In this document: one piece after another, positions 6,467-14,227 of the stretch
How the letters are laid out: every line of letters starts with the position of its first letter
Position numbering within the stretch: the first letter of the stretch is position 1
IMG/VR virus record: IMGVR_UViG_3300031834_000003
DNA: 21,847 bases
Source: an uncultured virus (IMG/VR IMGVR_UViG_3300031834_000003)
Lineage: Duplodnaviria; Heunggongvirae; Uroviricota; Caudoviricetes
Strand: one strand, 5' to 3'
Notes under the pieces: model-generated
Seen by the model: only the letters and a program-made list of their open reading frames with translations
Told to the model about the DNA's origin: nothing
Database searches by the model: none
Made by a program: the position numbers and the translations under genes

Positions 6467-6547
6467 TTACAGGCATTTCCACATGCAATAGCCTGCTAAT
6501 GCACCTGCTATAAGCAGTGCTAAGCCCAGTACATCTTGTGGATTCAT
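6467..6547 (-). CDS. 26-aa hydrophobic peptide (not in ORF track)
   Basis: MNPQDVLGLALLIAGALAGYCMWKCL, with AGGAG 9 nt upstream. Confidence 0.5.
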   Translation of the reverse strand: MNPQDVLGLALLIAGALAGYCMWKCL

Positions 6548-7085
6548 GCTTATTATCTCCTATGCAACGTATATTGATTGATTTGAGTGTTATGAGGTGT
6601 AAAACAGTGTTTTAGTGCTCACCCACCGGGACTAATGCAATAACAATTGCTTGATTACATGCATATTTCTTGCACAAGAATTAATAGACATAGGACTAGC
6701 CTGCGATGCACGCATTCATCCACTAGAGGCTAGTCCTTAGGCATGAGCTAGACAAGTACTCATGCATGGCACATTTATGTAGGCTGTGCCTTAGGATGCC
6801 TGTAGCCCTCATCCTCGTCCACCTGCACTCTTTCTTCTCATAGGACTGCACACTTAGTACTGTGCATGAGAGTGCGACCAGAGGTAGTTGCTCGCCCTAC
6901 CAACTATGCAACGTCATACAAGATGCACTACGTTGCCTATGCATCCTTGGAGCAGGCATGTTGGGCAATGAGCTAATCTCACCCACACCACCAACACACA
7001 CCCACTCACAAGAAGCACCCACCCATGTATGCATATAGCCTATGTATGGGTACATGCATAGCATTGCCTATTGTTGATTGAGATT

Positions 7086-7116
7086 AAAAAAAAGATGCCC
7101 TCCCTTGCGGGAGGGC
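7086..7116 (-). terminator. Rho-independent terminator
   Basis: GCCCTCCC-GCAA-GGGAGGGC then ATC and T8, right after the stop at 7124. Confidence 0.9.
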
Positions 7117-7123
7117 TATGATG

Positions 7124-7426
7124 CTAGAAGGGGAAGTCTTCGGAGGTGGCGAAGACCTGGCGTTTCGAGACAGTGACCGTGTAGTCGGTGTGGAAAGCCT
7201 TGATTGCTTTCTTATCGACTACTTCGGTGCGAGTCCACACCTTGACGGTGAGGTCCTGGGAGTAGACAGCCATGCGAGTGTCATCTGCAATGGAGATTTC
7301 GATGCAGTTGAATCGATTGCTTGCCCAGCGGCGACGGCTCTGCACTTCGGCTAACTTCTCTACGAGAGAGCAGTAAGTCTTGACGGAGCCGTTGGGAAGC
7401 TGATATTTAGTTACAATTCTAAACAT
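7124..7426 (-). CDS. Hypothetical early protein with SSB-like acidic tail (EDFPF)
   Basis: 100 aa, AAGGAGG RBS, own terminator. Confidence 0.8.
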   Translation of the reverse strand: MFRIVTKYQLPNGSVKTYCSLVEKLAEVQSRRRWASNRFNCIEISIADDTRMAVYSQDLTVKVWTRTEVVDKKAIKAFHTDYTVTVSKRQVFATSEDFPF

Positions 7427-7455
7427 GTGGAGACCCTCCTTCAGGGGGCTGTACT

Positions 7456-7485
7456 AATATAGGCTATCGAAAGACAGCCAATCAA
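7456..7485 (-). promoter_or_regulatory. Putative sigma70-type promoter
   Basis: TTGATT-N18-TATATT upstream of 7426. Confidence 0.4.
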
Positions 7486-7683
7486 GGGAAGCATCCCCCG
7501 TACTTTCGTGAGCTCATCAGGGGGGACCCCCTACTACCCTCGCACATGCAGAGTAGCGGCTCATGAGTAGGCTATGGGAGGGGGGGGGTGGGAAACTCTA
7601 TATATAGTCGTGCAGAGATACGTTACACCTTCTTAAATAGTGGGGGGATGAAATGGTGAGATAATATAGGAAAGGAGAGAGAC

Positions 7684-7875
7684 ATGAACAGATGCGGGTA
7701 TTGTGGAAAAGAATTCAATAATCAGCTATTCATATTCAGTATAGGGGATAGGAGATATCATCCGCAGTGTTGGGGGGTAGTAATGGATAGGCTCAGCGGT
7801 CTTATAGAGAAGCTTGAATTGAGTGATGATGAATTCGAGAAGTGGCTTAAGGAGGATGAGCATGGACGTACTTAA
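7684..7875 (+). CDS. Small Zn-finger-like protein
   Basis: CGYC...HPQC and AAGGAG RBS. Confidence 0.75.
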   Translation: MNRCGYCGKEFNNQLFIFSIGDRRYHPQCWGVVMDRLSGLIEKLELSDDEFEKWLKEDEHGRT

Positions 7876-8047
7876 GTTAGAGCTTGGGTCGCACCAGTAT
7901 ATAGACACTAAGGATATTAATGAGGTTCATATTCGTTATATTTGCGGCAAAGCGAGTGACGAGATGATTGAAGCGATATTGAAGTATCGCAAAGCGGGTC
8001 AATCTATACGTTTAGCGATTCGAGTGCAGTTAGTAGAGGTTGAATGA
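7862..8047 (+). CDS. Hypothetical protein (start MDVLKL)
   Basis: AGGAGG RBS upstream of 7862; ATGA-coupled to the next gene. Confidence 0.65.
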   Translation: MDVLKLELGSHQYIDTKDINEVHIRYICGKASDEMIEAILKYRKAGQSIRLAIRVQLVEVE

Positions 8048-8463
8048 AAGCGAAGCCAATGAGAGGGAAGAGTAAGGAACAGATATGTATTGATGAGGTA
8101 TGCAAGTATATTGGGCATATTTGGGATAGTGAGGTGAAGGCATTCAAGGGGAACAGGGGCACTCCGAGGTACTATGCGTTATCGGAGAATATAGTGAAGG
8201 CGGTGCTGGAGATTGAGTGTGTAGACAGGGAGGCTGGGGGCGAGATTGAGGTAGGGGATTGGAGGCGTGTTATGGACCGTGGGACTGAGTTCAAGGTAGG
8301 GGCGTATTATGTAGTGAGGTTCAGTGACCGGATAAAGTATGGGGAAGTGAAAGAGGGAGGCAAGTTGGTAGTGAAGGACATGTTTGACCTGGGGGAGATT
8401 GAGGAGATTGAGGCAGCGTTGAAGATAGGGAAGAAAGAGGAAGTACAGATAAGGTTGATTTGA
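8044..8463 (+). CDS. Hypothetical protein
   Basis: 139-aa ORF in operon. Confidence 0.7.
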   Translation: MKAKPMRGKSKEQICIDEVCKYIGHIWDSEVKAFKGNRGTPRYYALSENIVKAVLEIECVDREAGGEIEVGDWRRVMDRGTEFKVGAYYVVRFSDRIKYGEVKEGGKLVVKDMFDLGEIEEIEAALKIGKKEEVQIRLI

Positions 8464-8464
8464 C

Positions 8465-8707
8465 ATGGCATATTTTAGTAATGGAACAGAGGGTGATTAC
8501 TATTGGGAAAAATATTGCAGTCACTGTTTGCATGATGATGGTTGTCCAGTCATGGACATTCATACGTTATATAACTATGATGCAGTTGGCAACGATGCAG
8601 ATATGAAACTAGCCCATGTTCTGGATGCACTAATTCCACGAGATAAGGATGGATATAACAATAAGTGTAATATGTTCGTGCCATTGAGTACAAAAAATGG
8701 GGGGTAA
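8465..8707 (+). CDS. Cys-rich hypothetical phage protein
   Basis: FSNGTEG...CSHC...CP...C pattern. Confidence 0.75.
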   Translation: MAYFSNGTEGDYYWEKYCSHCLHDDGCPVMDIHTLYNYDAVGNDADMKLAHVLDALIPRDKDGYNNKCNMFVPLSTKNGG

Positions 8708-8771
8708 ACGATTCCGCAAAAATGAGGTAAAATAGAAGTGCCTAAGCTTGACTGAGGTTCTCCATTGCAAA

Positions 8772-8807
8772 GCCCGTGATGTTCCCCGCATCACGGGCCT
8801 CCTTTTT
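8772..8807 (+). terminator. Rho-independent terminator
   Basis: GCCCGTGATG-N7-CATCACGGGC followed by CTCCTTTTT. Confidence 0.8.
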
Positions 8808-8810
8808 AAA

Positions 8811-8854
8811 TAAAGAAGACGTACTCAATTGAAGAAGGAAGATTGAGTACGTCT
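8811..8854 (-). terminator. Terminator-like hairpin for leftward transcripts
   Basis: 13-bp arms at 8817-8829 and 8842-8854, followed on the minus strand by TCTTTATTT. Confidence 0.65.
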
Positions 8855-9149
8855 CTTTGAGGCTAAGCCTCTCTAAATAGCCTCTGCCGTTTCCAGGCCT
8901 CCTGACGGATGGTTTCAAGCCTCTCTACATGTCTGCTGGCATTCCGCAGAAGCAAGACCGTTGCATTCGCTCAGATTTTCACTGGTCGGGCTATTTAGTT
9001 TTACAGGCCACTATTGGAGTTATCGGCATGTGATGGTGCTTTCAACCTTGTGCCTGCTTGAATTATTATAATGCACAAACCCGCTGGTGGGGGCAGCGGG
9101 TCTGCGTTACTACAAGGAGATTCTCATGAACCGGTGCTATTATACTACG

Positions 9150-9356
9150 CTAATTGCAAAACCAGAGTATCCACTCATGGACTTTGTGCAGCTGTACTTG
9201 TATATCTTTCATTTTATTAGCTTTCTCTAAGTACGGGGACCGTCTATCAAGCATAGCTCGCTGATAGTACTGTTCAGCATGACTAAGCTCTGTCTTAGCC
9301 TTTAAGAGAGCATCTCTAGTGAGTTCAGCGTAGTACCGGTCTAAATCACCGCTCAT
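9150..9356 (-). CDS. Hypothetical protein
   Basis: 68 aa, ATGA overlap. Confidence 0.7.
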   Translation of the reverse strand: MSGDLDRYYAELTRDALLKAKTELSHAEQYYQRAMLDRRSPYLEKANKMKDIQVQLHKVHEWILWFCN

Positions 9357-9604
9357 GGTTTGGACAGGTCACTCATGATAGCGCCATCGGCATAGCCACC
9401 AAGGTTGTCTTGTGGCTCGATTTCTGCGAGGGCGATAACATTACCCTTGATGACGCCACCTTGCTCAACCACGGTGACCACGGCATTACCAGAGTGAAAC
9501 TCGACCTGGGCGATGGGCACATCATACAGCGATATCTCAAATGTGCCTCCATCTTGAAGAATGATAGTTGCAACATCGTTACCACTTACTGAAACTTTGA
9601 ACAT
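9353..9604 (-). CDS. Hypothetical protein
   Basis: 83 aa, GGAGG RBS. Confidence 0.75.
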   Translation of the reverse strand: MFKVSVSGNDVATIILQDGGTFEISLYDVPIAQVEFHSGNAVVTVVEQGGVIKGNVIALAEIEPQDNLGGYADGAIMSDLSKP

Positions 9605-9613
9605 ACTAGCCTC

Positions 9614-10231
9614 CTACTCTGGGAAACTTACCTGGGTATTTCTTGGGATATAACGACCCCGAGCTTGCTTGATGCTTCCTTCCTTTATCATGTTTTTCAT
9701 GATGTATAGAACCACCGAGGTGCTGGACACCTCGCACATCTCCATAACGTCTCTGACTGTAGGCGGGACTTGATGGAGAGTATAGAAGTCACGCATCTTC
9801 CTCAGGATTAAGTCATGGCTGTATTTAGACATTGTTTTTCTCTCAAAGTTTTCATAGAACTGGTTCCAGAAGGATGTAGTAGAGTTACCTATCATCTCGC
9901 AGATTACCTCCTGGTCTTCTATTAGGTCTAAACTTATAGCATAGACGTAGTTCATGATTACATGTTGAATTTCATGACTTACAGTTCCTGAACCAAACTT
10001 GTTTATCACGAGGTGGATATCAGCAAATTTCTTGGGAAGGCTAATGAATGCCTCGTTGTCTTTTAGTTTGATTCTATAGGGATTGACATGCGTATATCCC
10101 CAACAGTCCTTACAACCAGTAACCAGGCGCCGCATACTTTCAATATCTTTCCAGATGAATGTAGTGAAGTAGATTGGCGGGTCAAACTCCACTTTCCATG
10201 TTTTCAGGATTTCTGGATGATGGTTATGCAT
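9614..10231 (-). CDS. HExxH-motif domain fused in frame to a LexA-type winged-HTH DNA-binding domain
   Basis: SHEIQHV in the N-half, and FYTLHQVPPTVRDVMEMCEVSSTSVV..MKNMIKEG in the C-terminal 72 aa. Confidence 0.75.
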   Translation of the reverse strand: MHNHHPEILKTWKVEFDPPIYFTTFIWKDIESMRRLVTGCKDCWGYTHVNPYRIKLKDNEAFISLPKKFADIHLVINKFGSGTVSHEIQHVIMNYVYAISLDLIEDQEVICEMIGNSTTSFWNQFYENFERKTMSKYSHDLILRKMRDFYTLHQVPPTVRDVMEMCEVSSTSVVLYIMKNMIKEGSIKQARGRYIPRNTQVSFPE

Positions 10232-10270
10232 AGCTTATTTTACCAATGCCTATACGTGACCTGTCAAGAG

Positions 10271-10576
10271 TTAGATTTCTAGCTTCTCTTTTAGAGTACG
10301 TATTCTATCGAGCGCTCTGCCTATCTCTCTATCTATATGTGTGGCTAATTCTACATTAGGGGAGAAGGAGGGTTGAGAAGAAAGCAATTCTTTATTCATA
10401 GGGATAGGTTGTTCTTGAGTTTGAGGAAGATATGGTTTCATAGATTGCTCAAACTCTGCCAGTTCTTTATTTAGCAGGTCAACACGTTGATTAAGATTTT
10501 CCAGATGTACTGTGATACCCTGTCTCGGTGCATTCATTCCAGCTTCTGTAACATGATAACCACCAGTTTGATTCAT
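10271..10576 (-). CDS. Coiled-coil hypothetical protein
   Basis: 101 aa, AAGGAG RBS. Confidence 0.75.
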   Translation of the reverse strand: MNQTGGYHVTEAGMNAPRQGITVHLENLNQRVDLLNKELAEFEQSMKPYLPQTQEQPIPMNKELLSSQPSFSPNVELATHIDREIGRALDRIRTLKEKLEI

Positions 10577-10585
10577 ATCATCTCC

Positions 10586-11314
10586 TTATTTTGTATATCG
10601 GTCTGTAATAATAGCTAACTCACCTTCTTTGGCAAGCAGCTTGTTTAGAGTACCGGTACGAATACCAACGAGAGGAGGCCAGTCGGTTCCCCATGACTGG
10701 GCTATATAAACGAGGTCAAGCGAAGTTGATGCACCAACGATAGCATAGCAGTGACGTCCCTCCAATGGTTCAGGAGTAGTCGGGAAATCATCTATCATGT
10801 AAATACCTTTTACTAACCTCGGATAGTTCATGAAGGGAAACCACTCAGTTGCAACTGGGACTGGTACTCCTCTTGAGATACTCCAGAAGATAGCCTTACA
10901 GTTATGGTCCCAGCGATACTCACTAATACCATCGGCTTTATTAGGCTTTGTCATTCGTGTACGAAAAACCTCGTCAATCATTACATGCCCAAGGTTCTTT
11001 AGACACCGGCAGCCACCATTGAGCGTCGTTCCTTGATTATCGCCATTTTGTGTCGAGAAGACGTAATCGAAGTCCTTGGCGTTCTGCCAGAGCCACATCC
11101 AGTCGTAGGTATCTCCATAATTCAGCATTGCCATGATGATACTAAGGGCAACACCAACGCAGGCTGGATTGTCTTTCTGGTTGTACTTTCTCTGGTAATC
11201 AAATGGTAAGGTAAGCTTTCGCTCGAGTATGGGTGGTGGTGCCATACCTGCTAACATTGGATATTTCTTCTCATGGTCACGATTAGGTTCTGGTAATGCT
11301 CCAAATGCTCTCAT
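10586..11314 (-). CDS. Papain-like (C1) cysteine peptidase
   Basis: YNQKDNPACVG (oxyanion Q, catalytic C), GRHCYAIVG (catalytic H) and QSWG (variant of NSWG). Confidence 0.85.
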   Translation of the reverse strand: MRAFGALPEPNRDHEKKYPMLAGMAPPPILERKLTLPFDYQRKYNQKDNPACVGVALSIIMAMLNYGDTYDWMWLWQNAKDFDYVFSTQNGDNQGTTLNGGCRCLKNLGHVMIDEVFRTRMTKPNKADGISEYRWDHNCKAIFWSISRGVPVPVATEWFPFMNYPRLVKGIYMIDDFPTTPEPLEGRHCYAIVGASTSLDLVYIAQSWGTDWPPLVGIRTGTLNKLLAKEGELAIITDRYTK

Positions 11315-11574
11315 ATCTTATCTCCACTTCTTACCTTTATGATAAGGTCTTCTATGACGCCTGTTTCCTCGATGATTACAAGTAGCCGGTCCCAGATTGC
11401 ATCCGAGGCTATATCCCAGAACAGTCTACCTAGCATACCACTTATAGCAGTACGGAGGTGTGGGTCTGGAATAAGTTTGGGATAACGTGCTCGAGGAGTA
11501 GGGAATATATCCTCGGGATATGGATTTTCAGGCCACCAGGATGGTTTCTCTTTTACTTGTATTTCATCTTTCAT
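11311..11574 (-). CDS. Hypothetical protein (start MKDEIQ)
   Basis: ATGA overlaps at both ends; WWPENPYPEDIF motif. Confidence 0.7.
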   Translation of the reverse strand: MKDEIQVKEKPSWWPENPYPEDIFPTPRARYPKLIPDPHLRTAISGMLGRLFWDIASDAIWDRLLVIIEETGVIEDLIIKVRSGDKI

Positions 11575-11882
11575 GGATAGGGCGTCCAGGTTACGTACCA
11601 AATAGTTGAAGTTACAAATGGAGTTGCTGATGGAATAGCTGTAATCTCAATCGGTATTTCAGTATTCACCTCGGTAAATATTATGATGGGACAGGGAGGA
11701 AACTCAGATTTTATACACTTGACTTGTTTCGTGACATATGCTCCATTCTTGAAACCAGAGATGAAGCACATCAGACATGTTCCTTTTGCCTGACCTATTA
11801 ACTGGCTGGAGAACCAGAAATAAGCAAATAAGAGCATTGAAATTAGAATAAGACATATTAGGATAACTACTCGTTTATACAT
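11571..11882 (-). CDS. Membrane-anchored or secreted protein with Pro/Thr-rich tail
   Basis: N-terminal hydrophobic helix, GGAG RBS. Confidence 0.7.
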   Translation of the reverse strand: MYKRVVILICLILISMLLFAYFWFSSQLIGQAKGTCLMCFISGFKNGAYVTKQVKCIKSEFPPCPIIIFTEVNTEIPIEITAIPSATPFVTSTIWYVTWTPYP

Positions 11883-11891
11883 TTGCTCTCC

Positions 11892-12089
11892 TTATAGAAG
11901 TTGTGGCTGACCCTTCACTTTCATTATCCAAGCCTCGGGAATATCAGCTTTACCATCACACTCAGGCCAAGTAGGACAGCCCAAAAACTGGTGAGTAGTT
12001 TTATGATTAGTTCGTACAATCAACTTCTCACCACATAACGGGCAAGAGACATTACTTTCATAACCATCTACGAATTTAGGAGTAGTCAT
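11892..12089 (-). CDS. Stand-alone topoisomerase I-type C4 zinc-ribbon protein
   Basis: CPLCGEKLIVR...FLGCPTWPEC. Confidence 0.85.
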   Translation of the reverse strand: MTTPKFVDGYESNVSCPLCGEKLIVRTNHKTTHQFLGCPTWPECDGKADIPEAWIMKVKGQPQLL

Positions 12090-12114
12090 TATATTTTTTC
12101 TTGCACAAGAATTG

Positions 12115-12366
12115 TTAGGAATCTACTTTTGGTGCAGCGTCAGGAAGCTCGGCTATAGCCTTTTCCATCTCGAGTTGGATGAGCTCGAGTAGTAAAGCTT
12201 TTAAGATATCTTTTTGACTGGGTGCGTGGGAGAACACATAGCCTCGATACTTGAGATACATCTGTGCAGTTGTGACACAATCTTCAGGCTGTGATTCGAG
12301 ACGTCTTTTCAATCCGATGACGGTATTGACCCGTACTTTACGCTCTAATTCTTTATCCGTTGCCAT
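12115..12366 (-). CDS. Hypothetical protein, first gene of the leftward unit
   Basis: 83 aa, GAGG RBS. Confidence 0.7.
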   Translation of the reverse strand: MATDKELERKVRVNTVIGLKRRLESQPEDCVTTAQMYLKYRGYVFSHAPSQKDILKALLLELIQLEMEKAIAELPDAAPKVDS

Positions 12367-12468
12367 TTTACCCTCACTGAGATTACTCTGTTCTCAACGG
12401 TCTTCACGGGGAGAGAGGTCCGTGGGTCAACAGGCCGTAGCGCCGTAAGGCAAGAATGCCTCCCAAAG

Positions 12469-12518
12469 TATTGTAACATACGATAATGACAGGTCTTCTA
12501 AAAAAGCATGTTACAATA
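12469..12518. promoter_or_regulatory. Back-to-back extended -10 promoters (TGTTACAAT on each strand)
   Basis: 11-bp inverted repeat TATTGTAACAT/ATGTTACAATA in the divergent intergenic region. Confidence 0.65.
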
Positions 12519-12559
12519 TTTTATCGTTTCATTAACATTAGACTGAAAGGGAGAGAAAC

Positions 12560-13042
12560 ATGCTGAATCCAACTGTAGTGTGGTACTTAATTGGTGCTCT
12601 GGCTATCCTCTGTGTTCTGTACGTTATCATGCCTATTATCCAGGCGCTGGTCAAAAACAAGGTTCTTCCCCCGCCTGATGAGATGCAGAAGACAATTGCT
12701 GAGCGCTTAGCCCAGCTTCAGGTCATCTTTGAGATAGCTATCCAGGTGGTTCGTTACCTCGAGCAAATGGGTAAGCTTAAGAGGCTCACGAATGAGGAAA
12801 AGAAGTCTCAGGCTAAGCTTCTCGTAAAGCAATTGGTAAGCGAACTGAAATTGGATTTACCCTTTGATGTAGATAAGCAGATTGATATTGCTATTGAGGC
12901 TGCGGTCAATCTGATGAATTCCGAGAAAGCAGTCGAGTTACCAATTCCGGTGGTCAACGTGACCCCGGAAATCAAAGAGGTGCGGGTATTCACTAGCGCA
13001 CCAATCCCCATTATTCCTGTTGAGGCAGAACCGAAAGGTTAA
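12560..13042 (+). CDS. Holin, LL-H-like family
   Basis: N-terminal TM helix, VVRYLEQ..., EEKKSQA and IDIAIEAAV pattern. Confidence 0.7.
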   Translation: MLNPTVVWYLIGALAILCVLYVIMPIIQALVKNKVLPPPDEMQKTIAERLAQLQVIFEIAIQVVRYLEQMGKLKRLTNEEKKSQAKLLVKQLVSELKLDLPFDVDKQIDIAIEAAVNLMNSEKAVELPIPVVNVTPEIKEVRVFTSAPIPIIPVEAEPKG

Positions 13043-13051
13043 GGAGATAAG

Positions 13052-13780
13052 ATGGACTCTGTAATGTGGTTGGCTATTGGGATTCCACTAGCATTGATGG
13101 CTGCGCTATTCATTCGAACATACCGTCGAGGGGGCAAGATTGGTCTAGAGCATATCTCTACCATGATTACGGTTTGTGTTCTTGGTGCTTTGGCTTTTGT
13201 ACTATATAAGGCTGAAGTAATCAACTGGATAACGACATATGAATCCGTAACCGCTATGGCTGGTACCACTATGGCTTATGGGACTAACTGGCCTAAGGTT
13301 TTAGCTGACCTAGTAGTAATTCTCGATATTGCGTCTCTTGTGGCAGTTTTTACTCCACAAAGCAAGTTTGCGGATGAACCAATCCTGGTCAAGACCATTG
13401 TATCCTTGTGGGCTATCTCTGTAATAGCTGATATGTTTGGGACATGGTACTTTGCTGCTCTCCAGCAACAGAGCGGTACGGTTCGAGCACCCGCAAGCAT
13501 TTCAGCATACACATGGATATTCCCACTCGCAATAACTATCCTGATTACTGGGGTACAGGTTGGAATACTCCGTGTCTTTGGTTTAGTGCTGGAAATGGCA
13601 ATAAATGGCAGGCTCACTACTTCATTACGTAAAGCCAGTTCTAATTATTTCCCACCTGTCAAGTCTAAGCCCATATCGTTTGACAGTTCTCCTGGTATGA
13701 GTGCAGCTGAACGGCATGGACACTCAAACGCAGACTTCTTGCAAAAGATGGGAAATAACAATCGAGAGAAGGTAGCTTGA
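13052..13780 (+). CDS. Multi-pass membrane protein
   Basis: About 5 hydrophobic segments, AAGGAG RBS. Confidence 0.75.
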   Translation: MDSVMWLAIGIPLALMAALFIRTYRRGGKIGLEHISTMITVCVLGALAFVLYKAEVINWITTYESVTAMAGTTMAYGTNWPKVLADLVVILDIASLVAVFTPQSKFADEPILVKTIVSLWAISVIADMFGTWYFAALQQQSGTVRAPASISAYTWIFPLAITILITGVQVGILRVFGLVLEMAINGRLTTSLRKASSNYFPPVKSKPISFDSSPGMSAAERHGHSNADFLQKMGNNNREKVA

Positions 13781-14064
13781 GAGTTATAGACAAGTCTGTT
13801 ATACATGATGTGCATCAGAGAGATGGTCAATGCCTTTATGGAAGTTGGAAAAGAGACCCTCACTGTATTGGCTATCTCTCGGCACATCATATACAGAAAC
13901 GAAGTCAGATAGGTCCAGATATTGAAAGTAATCTCATAACTCTCTGCATGTTTCATCACGAAATGGCTGAGAAGCATTTGATTACATCGGGAGAGCTTAG
14001 ACATATTCTGAGGGAGTTATATGGCTACTCATACACGGAAGAAGAATTGGGTCAAACATCATAA
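13777..14064 (+). CDS. HNH endonuclease
   Basis: RDGQC...C...AHHIQKRSQ.G.D..SNLITLCMFHH. Confidence 0.88.
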   Translation: MRVIDKSVIHDVHQRDGQCLYGSWKRDPHCIGYLSAHHIQKRSQIGPDIESNLITLCMFHHEMAEKHLITSGELRHILRELYGYSYTEEELGQTS

Positions 14065-14227
14065 ACGTTCCGAAGATAAGTTAGAAGAAACAATCCACAA
14101 AATCAATATCAAACGTCCTGCACCCTCGCAGCATAAATGCCCATCATGTGGCTGTGTTGAGTATTACTACGATAAAGATACCAATGAATACTATTGCTGT
14201 AACATAGACTGTGGAGCAATCTGGTGA
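14021..14227 (+). CDS. Small Zn-ribbon protein
   Basis: CPSCG...CCNIDCG. Confidence 0.65.
   Translation: MATHTRKKNWVKHHKRSEDKLEETIHKINIKRPAPSQHKCPSCGCVEYYYDKDTNEYYCCNIDCGAIW

Noticed and set aside
13777..14064. HNH as an in-trans nuclease partner of TasA
   Set aside because: It is 12 kb away in the lysis/packaging module, where small HNH proteins are ordinary terminase-associated genes.
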